Source: Octopus bimaculoides
Taxonomy: Eukaryota
Direction of reading: 5' to 3'
NCBI RefSeq assembly: GCF_001194135.2
Contig: NC_068986.1
Location: forward strand, 69,765,862 to 69,829,861
DNA length: 64,000 nt
Shown here: piece by piece, positions 13,560 to 27,041 of the stretch
Layout of the letters: every line of letters starts with the position of its first letter
How positions within the stretch are numbered: the stretch's first letter is position 1
The notes under the pieces: generated by a model
The model's database searches: none
Seen by the model: only the letters and a program-made list of their open reading frames with translations
Told to the model about the DNA's origin: nothing
Position numbers and translations under genes: made by a program

Positions 13560-13912
13560 GTTTATGTCATTAGGAATTTAGAAACTTCGAAAGATATGAA
13601 ATAAAACGTTTTTAATGTTGGAACTCGAAGTACTTATAGCTATAAGTAATAACGTACAGAATATTGGGTTAAAAAAAAATATTCGAGGGGAACACATCAA
13701 GGTCTGCAACCCGGGAACACGAACCCACGACTTCTGCAAACATGACAAATGTTCAACCATCACAGGAAAGTAAAAACCCTTCTAAATCTCACCCCCTAAC
13801 CCAACCCACCCTACTCCCGTTTAGAATTTTGTACTTCACAGTGGGAACTGTATGTTGTTTACATCGTAAGAATTTAGGAACTTCGTAAGATATGAAATAA
13901 ATGTTTTTTAAC
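13560..13912. repeat. Imperfect ~57-bp direct repeats (13560-13617 and 13856-13912)
   Basis: AGGAATTTAGAAACTTCGAAAGATATGAAATAAA vs AAGAATTTAGGAACTTCGTAAGATATGAAATAAA. Confidence 0.75.
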
Positions 13913-14038
13913 GAAAACAGCCATGCACAAAATTCTCTATGCTTGAGTGATTTTACAACTTCTGCCATTAAAAAAAATGATATAATTATACTTATGTATT
14001 GAGTTCTATTTATCCTGTTTGTTCTACCAAACCTATCC

Positions 14039-14096
<58 letters not shown>

Positions 14097-14105
14097 TTAT
14101 CTATC

Positions 14106-14152
<47 letters not shown>

Positions 14153-14961
14153 AACATGTGTAATATTCAATTTATCACCCTCTCTCTCTCTATATATATA
14201 TATAGAGAGAGAGAGGGTGATATATATATATATATGTGTGTGTGTGTGCGTGTGTGTGTGTGTGTGTGTGCGTGTGCGTGTGTGTGTGTATGCGCGTGTG
14301 TGTATGCGCGTGTGTGTATGCGCGTGTATGCAAATTGAAAATTAAAAATAACAAGATAATAAAAGTCAAAAAGACGTACACATGGAATGTATTAGGTTGA
14401 CACTTAGTATAAATTGAAAACAAGACTGGGTGTAAAACCTTTCGAGCATGGCTACTCGGTTGAATCTACCCGTTTTATTGAGGTCCTACATTTATGTACC
14501 GTCGATCTATTCAAGATGGATAGTTGACTTTGATATATACGTTACATATCTTGGTCGTGTTCCAAGGCCACAGTGGGAAGGGATCGAGTCTGTACTTTTA
14601 GAATAAAAGGTAGTCATACTCAATAATGAATGTTCAAGTATCGAGGAAGGATCATTGCGAAATATGTGTCAGCTCCATCCGTTCTGAGTTCGAGCTCCGT
14701 CCTCTATCACCGAAAATAAATAAATAATACTAGCCCTTTGAGGTTCGGCGATAGTAGTCACAGTGTTATGAAGTTCTAAAATTGCCGAGTATTTCAGCTG
14801 AATTCTCTTTATGCTAATCTACCAGCTTGCAGGAGCGAAAGGAAAAGTAACTTTAGCTGCTGCGTACACCAAAATTTGGTACAAAGCCAGCAGTCTTTAG
14901 GGGAGGTGTAAGTAGATTACATATAATATGTATTCTCTGTATATTATATGATATGTGTGAA

Positions 14962-15020
<59 letters not shown>

Positions 15021-15402
15021 NNNNNNNNNNNNNNNNNNNNNNNNNNNNNNNNNNNNNNNNNNNNNNNNNNNNNNNNNNNNNNNNNNNNNNNNNNNNNNNN
15101 NNNNNNNNNNNNNNNNNNNNNNNNNNNNNNNNNNNNNNNNNNNNNNNNNNNNNNNNNNNNNNNNNNNNNNNNNNNNNNNNNNNNNNNNNNNNNNNNNNNN
15201 NNNNNNNNNNNNNNNNNNNNNNNNNNNNNNNNNNNNNNNNNNNNNNNNNNNNNNNNNNNNNNNNNNNNNNNNNNNNNNNNNNNNNNNNNNNNNNNNNNNN
15301 NNNNNNNNNNNNNNNNNNNNNNNNNNNNNNNNNNNNNNNNNNNNNNNNNNNNNNNNNNNNNNNNNNNNNNNNNNNNNNNNNNNNNNNNNNNNNNNNNNNN
15401 NN
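15021..15402. other. Assembly gap inside (GT)n
   Basis: N-run flanked by (GT)n on both sides. Confidence 0.98.
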
Positions 15403-15461
<59 letters not shown>

Positions 15462-16489
15462 CTTTTTTCTTCCTGTATGAGATCTAAAGATCAAACGAAC
15501 ATTCCTTGCAGTCCACGATCTGACAGATTTCTTTAGTTAATATCGACTGGCTGACTCTAAACACCAACGGATAGGAAGCGGGCATTGTTCGTGGAAAACA
15601 CCTCTGTAATGGATAACAATAACGAGGAATAATAACATGCAAGGGAGAAGTTGATGAAGACAGTAACGCCTTCGTCAACATAATAATAATGACGCAGCCT
15701 GTATAGAGGGAGATGATGATGGTGATGATAATGATGTTGTTATTGAAAATCACGATGATTATGATGAGTGCGTCGACGATGACGACGACGATGACGATGA
15801 TAAGGATGACTGGATTATTGTGTCTGAAAATGCAAACGTAACCTTTTAGCTCACTGAGAACGCTTCGCCATATGGTTGACCGCTTAAAAACCGTCGACTT
15901 TTGTGCTAAACAACTCATCCAGAGAACGGCATTTGTTAAGATCGCAAAAATTCTAACACGCAGTCTCAACTATGGTGGCCAAAGTCACACAGAAAATAAA
16001 CAAAGAACTATTATTCTCAAACACTACAGGAAGAATGTGGAAAATCAGTGATGTGTAAACAACGGTTGGAAAGGAAATACTGTTTCAATACCCTACTGTG
16101 TTATGGATTCAGAATTTTGTTAACGGCCATTTATCACAGACATATTTAAACAACAGCATTTATAGCATCGGATGAATATATTTCGTAAGGCAGAGAGAAA
16201 AAAAAATAAAAGCGTAGAAACAACAATAGTCATAGAGTTGATGACATAGTTATGACATTAAGACTATCATTGAGTTTTAAAAAGCGGTAAAGAATAACTT
16301 TTAACATTTGAAACACGAACTAGATGTGAGTGAGGATAGTGAGAGATCGTGTATTATCAGACGATTTTAGTTAAATAGTAAATAATTTTGACATGGAAAG
16401 GAAGTGATTCTTTCTAAGTTAAAACAACGATATTTTCTTTTTCTTTTTTATTTTTTGGTGGCGGGATGGGGGTTGCTTCGACACCAACC

Positions 16490-16623
16490 AATACTTTATT
16501 TTATTGATCCGGTGATTGAAAGTCAAATTTAACCTCTGTGGGATTTGAACTTGGATGGTTAAAGAGCCGTAACAAATACCGGAAGTCATTTGTTCGACGG
16601 TCTTACGACTGTACCAGCTCGCC
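16490..16623 (-). mobile_element. SINE family B, decayed
   Basis: Reverse complement reads AGGCGAGCTGGTACAGTCGT..AAGTTCAAATCCCACAGAGG.. Confidence 0.65.
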
Positions 16624-16684
16624 TCTTTGATATTTAAAAATTAATACTGGCCAATTTTCCTAACATTATTAAGGATCACAAGGA

Positions 16685-16822
16685 AGGCAGCTAGCTGGCA
16701 GAATCGTTAGCGTACCGTGCGAAGTGCTTAGCGGTATTTCGTCTGTCTTTACGTTCTGAGTTCAAATTCCGCTGAGGTCGACTTTGCCTTTCATTCTTTC
16801 GGTGTCGTTAAATTAAGTACCA
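16685..16822 (+). mobile_element. tRNA-derived SINE family B (head and central domain)
   Basis: AGCTGGCAGAATCGTTAGC..GAGTTCAAATTCCGCTGAGGTCGACTTTGCCTTTCAT..; B-box GTTCAAATTCC. Confidence 0.88.
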
Positions 16823-17299
16823 TGGCTGGACACAATATCAACAACACAAGCGAAGAACAGAACGAAAACAACAGCTCAACAGGTAAACAAATTCTTTCTA
16901 GCTGTAGTTATAGAAGAAACCGTCTCTATTCAGATTACAAGTTCAGGTTTATGTAACACACTGCCTAAATACCGATCTTGAGAAATTAGGCTTCTCAAAA
17001 CCAGAAAGAACAAAGCTAATTCGAAGACTACATATCTAATCCATCACTGGAATTGTAAAAATTTGTAAAACTTTCGACAAGTTTATCATTTAAATATATA
17101 TGAGCATGTCTAGATATGTAACTATATGCACGAGAATACATACATAAAACATACAAATCTGCCCATACATAGATACATACATACATACATACAAACAAAA
17201 ATACCCTGTTGTTGATGTTGAAATACCAATAATGACACACACATACATGCATACATATATATTTATTAGAAAGAAACATCCAAAACGTTTCACGCAGTA

Positions 17300-17850
17300 G
17301 TATCGGAACATGTTCGTCGGGGAGCGAGATAATCCATTAGATTCACCTCTCTAAAGTTAACAAAATAAAGTAACATTCATGTAATATGGCCGTTGTAATT
17401 GACTTACCTCCTAGGCGCAGGAGTGGCTGTGTGGTAAGCAGCTTGCTTACCAACCACATGGTTCCGGGTGTCTTCTACTATAGCCTCGGGCCGACCAAAG
17501 CCTTGTGAGTGGATTTGGTAGACGGAAACTTAAAGAAGCCTGTCGTATATATGTATATATATATATATATATGTATGTATGTGTGTGCATATGTTTGTGT
17601 GTTTGTGTTTGTCCCCCCAACATCACTTGACAACCGATGGTGGTATGTTTACGTCCCCGTAACCTAGCGGTTCGGCAAAAGAAACCGATAGAATAAGTAC
17701 TAGGCTTACAAAGAATAAGTCCTGGGGTCGATTTGCTCGACTAAAAAAGGTGGTGCTCCAGCATGGCCGCAGTCAAATGACTGAAACAAGTAAAAGACTA
17801 AAATAGTACTCTAAATATGCAGGCCTTGTGCCTAAAGTAGAAGTGATTTT
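17300..17850 (+). mobile_element. Old SINE family B interrupted by a SINE A insertion (B parts about 17300-17412 and 17804-17850)
   Basis: Left flank ..GTTGTAATTGACTTACC and right flank GCAGGCCTTGTGCC join up to the B 3' sequence seen at 22070-22110. Confidence 0.55.
17414..17803 (+). mobile_element. SINE family A, low divergence, ~30 bp deletion in the head
   Basis: GGCGCAGGAGTGGCTGTGTGGTAAG..GGTTCCGGG|TGTCTTCTACTATAG..CAGTCAAATGACTGAAACAAGTAAAAG. Confidence 0.92.
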
Positions 17851-18821
17851 TATAGTAGTAGTATTAGTTGTTGTAGTGATGTTGCTGTTAGTGGTGGTGG
17901 TGGTGGTGGTGGTTGTGGTAGTAGTAGCAGTAGTATTTTTTAGACAGTCCCAAGGCAATATAATGCGACACATTTTTAGGTAAGGATGTGTACACAAATT
18001 ATATTAGACGTTGCGATGAAGTTATTGCAGGGTTAAACGTTTAATTCCATGATTGTGTAAGCCTGTATAATTTGATAACTGGATTACAAGCATCTGGCTG
18101 CACTTTCAAAACACATGGCAGATAATTGATATCATAAGAACATTGATTATTAAATGGATTCGCTGATTGATAATGAAATTTAATGAATTAATCATAATGG
18201 TTCTGTCGGAAAAGAAATGAAACCTCGACAATAAATGAATGATTTACTGGTTTTATAGTGCTATTTTATCTAATACTATTAACTTCCCTTCTAGACCGCC
18301 AATATCTCTAAAGTAATCTTCATGTTTTCTCTTCACGCTGCCTCCCCTCTAACATTACTCGTTGATAATTCTCTCTCTCTTTCTCTTGTTTTGACACATA
18401 CAAAAGCATATAGACACACACACACATACATACATACATACATACACATTTCTGTTCTTTTCTGGGCATATACATATTTTTCTTCCTATCTATGCAGCTC
18501 GTTTCTACTCCACTTCCTTTTTCCTCTATGAGTGAGTGCAAGTGGATAAGTCAATCTATGTGCGTGTGTAGTATATGTGTAGTTATTTCGTTGTTTACGT
18601 GTCTCTGTAGTCTAAGGAGTCCGCTCATAAGACATGTTTCCAGGTTCGATCGCTCAGTGGAGCACTTTCAGTAACTGTTTTTGAACACGAATGTAGTGTA
18701 GAAGCTCCCTCTTGCTTGCTGGCTCTCTCAATCTCTCTTTCTAGCTCTCCTCTCTCTCTCTCTCTTTCACATTTTCTATACATATATGTATGTGTGTTTG
18801 TGTGTTTGTGTGTATGTGTAT

Positions 18822-18880
<59 letters not shown>

Positions 18881-19509
18881 NNNNNNNNNNNNNNNNNNNN
18901 NNNNNNNNNNNNNNNNNNNNNNNNNNNNNNNNNNNNNNNNNNNNNNNNNNNNNNNNNNNNNNNNNNNNNNNNNNNNNNNNNNNNNNNNNNNNNNNNNNNN
19001 NNNNNNNNNNNNNNNNNNNNNNNNNNNNNNNNNNNNNNNNNNNNNNNNNNNNNNNNNNNNNNNNNNNNNNNNNNNNNNNNNNNNNNNNNNNNNNNNNNNN
19101 NNNNNNNNNNNNNNNNNNNNNNNNNNNNNNNNNNNNNNNNNNNNNNNNNNNNNNNNNNNNNNNNNNNNNNNNNNNNNNNNNNNNNNNNNNNNNNNNNNNN
19201 NNNNNNNNNNNNNNNNNNNNNNNNNNNNNNNNNNNNNNNNNNNNNNNNNNNNNNNNNNNNNNNNNNNNNNNNNNNNNNNNNNNNNNNNNNNNNNNNNNNN
19301 NNNNNNNNNNNNNNNNNNNNNNNNNNNNNNNNNNNNNNNNNNNNNNNNNNNNNNNNNNNNNNNNNNNNNNNNNNNNNNNNNNNNNNNNNNNNNNNNNNNN
19401 NNNNNNNNNNNNNNNNNNNNNNNNNNNNNNNNNNNNNNNNNNNNNNNNNNNNNNNNNNNNNNNNNNNNNNNNNNNNNNNNNNNNNNNNNNNNNNNNNNNN
19501 NNNNNNNNN
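18881..19509. other. Assembly gap between (GT)n and (TA)n
   Basis: N-run. Confidence 0.98.
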
Positions 19510-20365
19510 ATATATATATATATATATATACATACATATATATTTATATAAGTGTATGTGTGTGTGCGTGTGTGTGCGCGCGAGTGTATGTGTGTGTAAA
19601 TGCATATAAAATATTTTCATTTCAATATGATGGAAAGGTACTTGTGCATGAAAGAAATACTTGCAGATGTTAGAGCTGAATTTTTAATGTTACATTAAGC
19701 CGTAGTGTTTTGCTTACTTCAATTCAACAATAATAAAAGTAGCAAGGGTGATAATGCATAAAGTTTGAAATTGGTATAATGTATGCAAATGGCAAAACAT
19801 ATTTAATAATAAAAAAAAAGAAAACAAATAATATTACTGATATTTTAAAACTTTATTTCTTTATTTCTACAGTAATTTCAATAGCAAACATGGAGGTTTG
19901 CAGCCACATAATTATTTGTAACAGCAATTATAATAATATAACATAATTATTAATAATCAATAACAATTATTATATAACATAATTATTATATAATTCACAA
20001 TGGTTATTATCATCACTTATTATGAATGATAATAATGGAGGTTTATAATTACGTGAGAATCATTTGGTCAGGAATGTTTTGAAATATAAAATCTCTATCT
20101 TCGTTGCAGTCGATACATATGTCACAGTAATGTTCGTAAGAGAATCATAGACAAGGCCGGTACATTTAGCGTACACATCCAGACGGTGATTTTATATTGA
20201 CAATATATGTGTAGTAATACGACGTATCTGTTTTAGATACAGTAGCCAAATAGGTGACTGAGTGAAAGTTAACTCTGGAGTATTCGAATAGTTAACATGT
20301 AATGTGCATATACAATTATAATTGAAAATTAGTTATATAAATACAAATTCTCTCGCTCTATCTCT

Positions 20366-20424
<59 letters not shown>

Positions 20425-21906
20425 TCTCTCTCTCTCTCACACACACACATACACACACACACGCATACACATACACAAATATACACATAAACACACACAC
20501 ACATAAATATTGTTATTGAAACGGCTGTAGAAGTGAAGAAATAAGGTTTGAGATGTAAAAGATATTGTTTGCTTCCTATTTTTATATATATATATACATA
20601 TTTATATTTATATAGACATTCATGAACATGCGTAAAATATACTTTTTTATGCAAAGATAAGTATGCTGTTACATTCAGGCACATATTCATTTTCATATAT
20701 GTCCATTTGTTTATAAACCCTTTCATATACACTTTAACACTTCTTTGTTATACATCCTTACATGCATATCTATATCGAAACGGACACGCATAACCAAATC
20801 CGCTCGCGAATATGTACACACGCATATTCAGTCAATCATATACATATATGCACACATTCATTCACCAATATTTCTATGAAAATGATATTTCATTGAGTTG
20901 CATCGTTTTTCTAAGCTGGAATTAGAATTGGTTTGAACGATAGGTAGAGAAATATTCAGCTAACAATAGGAAAATAACTCACTTGCTTACATGCATATTG
21001 TTTTCTTCATTCCTGGAAATTTTCCTAATTATCGACGAAGGGAATCATGTTTTCCTAATTAGTAAAGAATTTTGTTTGTATAAAATCTTGATAACCACCG
21101 GAGGGTGATTTAAAAAATAGTAGTTGTGAATCGGATGCCAGAATGTCATCTTCCGCCATTATTGATCAGTGAAGTGGTTTTTATCTCAGATGCGTTCATG
21201 AGAAGATGCACAAAAAAATAAAATTGTAACTTGATGTAATTGAATTGGTATAATTGAAGTGAATGTTATTGTTTAAAATCGCGTAACTTTCAGCATGTCT
21301 ATTGGATCTAGTAGATGTATTTCATGAAGATAAAAGACATGAGTGAATGTTAACATACTACATATGCACGGAATGTGGGAACGATCGAATGGGTACGCCA
21401 CTTTATTAAATCATTAGATTTGAGTTTAAATCAGCTGCGAACATTTCATTGTGTCTCTAGATAGAACACAACATTCTAACGATTTGCAATAGTTAACGAA
21501 TCTTCCAGTGAATTTACATAAATTGGATGGATAATCTATCCAAGTGGTAATCTTCATCTAATTAACCAAATCTGACCCTTCTGCGGCCCTAAGAGAAATG
21601 CATTTTTATAGTTGGTAAAATTGATTAAATTCAAACATTCTATAAACGTTAACATCTTGAATTCCGCTTTGTGGCATATAAGGGATTGCAAATTAACGAA
21701 AGACGTGCAAACTTTATTCTGTGCCCCACGAAAAATAGCGAATCGTGATATCTAGTTTCAGCTCGACACCTTGGATTAGAGATCCACCACAGGAACATTA
21801 AAGGATATAAATCACACCTCAAAGTTTTAAATACTAGATTGGACTAGTATTTAAATACGAGATTGGAAATACGCCATCTGCAAATTGATTAATAATTTTG
21901 GATTGT

Positions 21907-22123
21907 AAGGCGGTGAGCTGGCAGAATCATTAGCTCGCCGGGTAAAATACCTAGCAGAATTTCGTCTGTTTTTACGTTCTGAGTTCAAATTCCGCCGCTG
22001 TCGACTTTAGCTTTCACCCTTTCGTGGCCGGTAAAATAAGTACGGGTTGAATTGTGGTGCCGATGTAATCGACTTAACCACTCACCCGAAATTCCTAGCC
22101 TTGTGCCAAAATTTGAAATCAAT
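21907..22123 (+). mobile_element. SINE family B, full length
   Basis: AAGGCGGTGAGCTGGCAGAATCATTAGC..GCCTTGTGCCAAAATTTGAAATCAAT. Confidence 0.88.
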
Positions 22124-22334
22124 AATTTTAGGCTGTGACAATTGATTGCTTGTATTGATGATATCATACGAACAACTAATACATTACGGTATATAACTCT
22201 CAATTGACTCTACAGATGGTGCAACGTCTTCACTCTTATCTTTGTGTTACACATTCATATTTATTCTTTTTCTGTTCTCTTTTATCGTATTTTGTCTTCG
22301 TTTTTCTATATGCTTTCATTTTTTTTTGCGCCCT

Positions 22335-22619
22335 TTTAAAGCCTAGCCAGCCTCATAGGCCCGGTTTCCCGGTTTCTATGGCGTACGTGTCCCCCCCCCC
22401 CGCCAGCTGGACGGGACGCCAGTCCATCGCAGCGTTACTCAAGAAACAGGAAGAAAGAGTCAGAGAAAGTTGGGGCGAAAGAGTACAACAGGGGTCATCA
22501 CCACCCACCCCCCTGCCGGAGCCTCGTAGAGCTTTTGGTGTTTTCGCTCAATAAAATCGAAACCGCGATCCTCCGACCGCGAGTCCGCTGCCCTAACCAC
22601 TGGGCCATTGCACCTCCAC
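22335..22619 (-). mobile_element. tRNA-derived SINE with a V-domain-like core (V-SINE-like)
   Basis: Reverse complement has A-box TGGCCCAGTGG, B-box-like GTTTCGATT and core CTGCGATGGACTGGCGTCCCGTCCAG (22407-22432); GC/CpG-rich. Confidence 0.75.
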
Positions 22620-23815
22620 TATGTGCTTTCATAGGCACATAAATACATTTATATATTTCTTTTGTATGTAAATCTGTAGTTTTACGTATAATTGTGAATT
22701 AAAAGTATACGTACATCCATAATTTTTGTACAACCATATATACGTGTGTGGGGTGGGGCGTGCGTGTGTGTGTGTGTTTGTGTGTGTTTGCGGGAATACT
22801 TAATGTACAGCAATGAGCTTCTTAAACATGATCAAACTTGCCCGAACTAACATTCTTACTAATTGCTTGTAACAATGACATTTCTTTAACAGGCGATTCA
22901 ATGCAACGTTTATTATTACTAGGCTAACCGTGCACATAATAAGTCTTTCCTCCCATCCTGCTCGCTCTCCCTTTTATTTACTCCAACCTATTGCAATACA
23001 CTTCTCCTCTCCTCTCTTTCCTTTATGTTTCTGTTTATGCCTTCATCCTACGATGTGATTCTACTATGTATATCAAAAAGCTCATCTTACTAGACACTGA
23101 TTTGGGAAACCAATATAGGCGTAAATTCAAAGTAAACAATTACCATCGATAATAGATATTATAAATGCAAATATATGCAGAGGTTTAATTTACAACGTCG
23201 TAAGAATCTGCGCATGTATACCTATTTTTATTTGTCTATATTTAAACGTGTGCGTGAGTGTCTGCGTGTGCATATATGTGTGTGTTTATGTATCTCTATA
23301 TGTGTGTTTGTCTATGTGTATATGAGTGTTCTTTCTCCATTTATCTTTAAAATATTTTCATTGTCGATTCTTTCTACTAAAAGAAGGCAACGTGTATGTG
23401 TGTATACGCTGTATGGGAACTGGGCTTCTAGATGAGAGTCCCCAAATGTGTGTAAATTAAAACATGACTGGCATACGCGTGCCCAACAGTATACATCCAT
23501 ATATACAAATACACGCACACACACACAAACACACTTTCACGCGTGCACGCACACACACATAGATGATTATATATCTATGTGTATGGAAGCATTAATGTGA
23601 AAGCAAAAGTATATGTGTCTGTGATTTATGGGTATCGGCGTTCAATAAGTCATAGAGTTAACTTATGTCTTATCCTACCAGAATGCGAGGAAACAAGTAG
23701 TTACAAGTGACAGAGATCTATTCCGCAAAGTATGGCTTCCATCTCGAAAATATTTGGTCTTTTACTTTACAAAAACCATTAATAGAATATATGTGTGTGT
23801 GTGTATGTATGTATG

Positions 23816-23888
<73 letters not shown>

Positions 23889-24794
23889 GCATACATACAT
23901 ATAGATAGATAGCTAGATATTTATGTACACACACACATATATATACAGAGGGAGAGAGAAAGAGAAAGAGAGAGCATGCAAATTTCAGTGCGTATGTGTG
24001 TGTGAGTGTCTTGTGGAAGTATGTGCCTGTATGTGTATGCAACAGATATCCAGCCACCGTAAATAAGATACCTCAATGACAGCAGGTGATAAACTTCGAT
24101 TTAAACAGAAGGTAGAATTATAGGTGCACGTGAATAAGTCATTTAGTTCCTGTCACACATCTTAAATACAGATGTTCGAAAGAAATGTGTCTTACTGTTT
24201 CGTATTAAGCTCTTGTTTCTATTTCCCCACTGAATACAAACCTAGTGGAAGGGAATTATCCGAACTTATTGCGTAGGTCACAACCTGTTTCGTAGAAGAA
24301 TCTGTAGCATTCACAGGCTTGTTGATATTCAGTAGTATCTTCTCTGACACTTTGTTTCCGATTGCAACACCTACATCACATTAAAGTTGCAGAAATTCTT
24401 CTTGGCATCTTGGCATTTTTGTATTTTTTTTTGTGTGTGTGTTTACAGAGCATCTATCATTTATATATGGTTGAGTGTAAATAAATAATAAGCATAACAT
24501 GTGTGCGTATATTTTTATATGTATGTGTGTATATATATGTATGAATGTTGTTTTGTATGCGGGTAGTTTATAGGTGCCATAAATATACTGTGTATGTGTG
24601 TGTGTGTGTGTGGATTCATTATGTTGTCTATTTCTTCATATTTGCATAGTCCCGGAGTAGATTAGAACTAGAAGCCTTTATTTCTACGCAAGACCAATAT
24701 GACGTCGGCGAAATTTGAAACCTGAATATAAAATACCACAATGCATTTGCCATGTTACCGGTTCTGCGTATGGAACACCTTGCATTTCTCAATA

Positions 24795-24984
24795 TAAGCC
24801 GGGCGAAATCCTTAGCAGCATTTCTTCCGTCTTTATGTTCTGAGTTCAAATTCCACCGTGCTCGACTTAGCCTTTCATTTTTTTGACGTCGATAAAATAA
24901 GTACCAGTTGAGTACTTGAGTCGATGTAATCGACTTATACCCTGTCCTGAAATTGCTGGCCTTGAGCCAAATTTTGAAACCAAT
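24795..24984 (+). mobile_element. SINE family B, 5'-eroded
   Basis: GCCGGGCGAAATCCTTAGC..GAGTTCAAATTCC..GCTGGCCTTGAGCCAAATTTTGAAACCAAT. Confidence 0.85.
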
Positions 24985-27002
24985 ATATGAAAACAATTGC
25001 TGTTATGTATAAAAAAAAATAATAATTTGATAATAGAGCACTCACTATGCCAAAAGTTCCCATTTATATTTATTTTTCACGTCACACGTGAAACTCGTGC
25101 CTCTTTTCAACACTGGAATGTGTTTTGCCAACGTAAGCTCTATTATTATATATTACAACGAGGAGAAAGACGATGTAGCTGTTTTGTGGTATTTGTATTG
25201 GTGTCTGGGGATGTTTGACGAAAAAATTTGAAATCCCGTAATTTTCAAAATATTCATCACCGTTTATTTTATCATTCACGATGTCATTATTGTTGGTTGG
25301 CAGCATAATGATTTCACTTGATGTTGCTCTTTTCCTATAATTATGTTTCCTACCTAATTAACAAATCATTATCATCATTATTTATTATTTATTTAATTCT
25401 AGCGCTTCCTTATTATCACTCATCTTATCTATCAGCCTGAGGGGGTTGCGCAGTGTGTATAACTAAATATGTTACATTTAACTATTTATCACGGATAAAT
25501 TGTTGCAATTCTTTCAATGATGGATTTTAATTTAGATGGCGATACTAAATTATTATCGTAATTAATTTCTTGTATTGTTTCACTCATATTTTATCTCTTA
25601 AATTTCTTATTGATTTATGGTAGTGGTAGTAGTGGAGGTATATGCTGCGGTAGTAAGTTCGAAGAAGTTATTGTAGATTGTGGTGATTATGGTCATTGTA
25701 TTTGTGATAATGATGATGGCTGTGTTGACAGTAGTTTAGAGATAATGATAGCGCAATCTGCAGTGGTGTTGTTGCTGAGAGAAATTATAACGGTTGCAAT
25801 GGCAATATCGGTCACACGGTTGTGATTGTAGTTGTAATGATCACGCTATTATTATCATGAATAGAAGGTAATATTAGCATGATCAGCAGTATTTGTAGTT
25901 CGTTCTTGTCTCCAAATGTAGATGAGTAGGATTGGGCATGAAATTAATGAGATTGAGAGAAAAGGGAGATTTGTTATAGCAGCAGTAGATAACAAATATA
26001 TATTTTCTTTGGCAGAAAAGATTTGTTTCCATATTATTACGAAAAATATTAACTGTAAATGGAAATTATGGAAAGAAATCTAAAAAGTAACAAAAGATTC
26101 TGAAATAAAGAACAAAAGAAACATGAGCGAAAATGGGTGGCGGGATGGAGAGGAAGATAAGGAACAGAAGAGTAAAATTTCGAGAAGGAAATGTGTACAT
26201 GATGACAGTGACAAAGAAACAACGTATGGAGAGAAATAGAAATAGATGAATGAAATGTGAAAAAAAAAAAAAAATGTGAATGAGCGAGTGTGTGTAATTT
26301 GTGAAATATGGTGTGTTTATGTTAGTTTGCATGTATGACTGTGCGTGCATTTTTGTATCTGTTACGTTAATTAGCGATAGTTTCTGGCAGCCATATATGA
26401 CCAATATATCTCTGAGTGGGATTAAAAACGAAAAGAAGAAAATGCACACGTTTCTATTATTTGAACGCATTTACTATTAAAGAATTCTTTTTATTTTCTA
26501 AATGAAAATATATTTTTGCCAAAAACTAATAAATCCACTTTAATCTAAATGTGAATTGATAATGAATCCTTTCCCTTTACAGACGAAACTAACTATTGAA
26601 ATAGGTCAATGTAGTTTTTTTAATTAATTATCTGTTTATCTTATAGAATACATATTAGAATTCGAAATTTATTATGAGTATTGCCTGACCAATAAACTCC
26701 AGGGATTTAGAATTGCATATATGTATAAGTTTATTGTAAATATACATGTAATTCTTATATGAGAAATTAAATAAATGACGAGGGAATAATAAATTATATC
26801 TGTTATAAGATGCGATGCACTCATCCTCATTGCAGCTTCAAAAATGAAGTGCAATTAAATTTGGGAAAGCATTTACATTTATATATACACACACAGAAAA
26901 GCATTATCGTCGAAAAATATATAAGCCTATATAGGAAATGAAGTAAATAGTTTGAAGGGCAGAAGCTACTCCTAGAGAAAGTAGATTGCTATAAAATCTT
27001 GA

Positions 27003-27041
<39 letters not shown>

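Noticed and set aside
15484-15969. 161-aa minus-strand ORF
   Set aside because: The central part is an (ATC/GTC)n low-complexity tract, and there is no recognisable domain.
17402-17409. Perfect minus-strand AG|GTAAGT donor
   Set aside because: It is part of the SINE B 3' sequence (GACTTACC), not evidence of a host exon.
22204-22554. 116-aa ORF
   Set aside because: Antisense read-through of the V-SINE and a T-rich flank.
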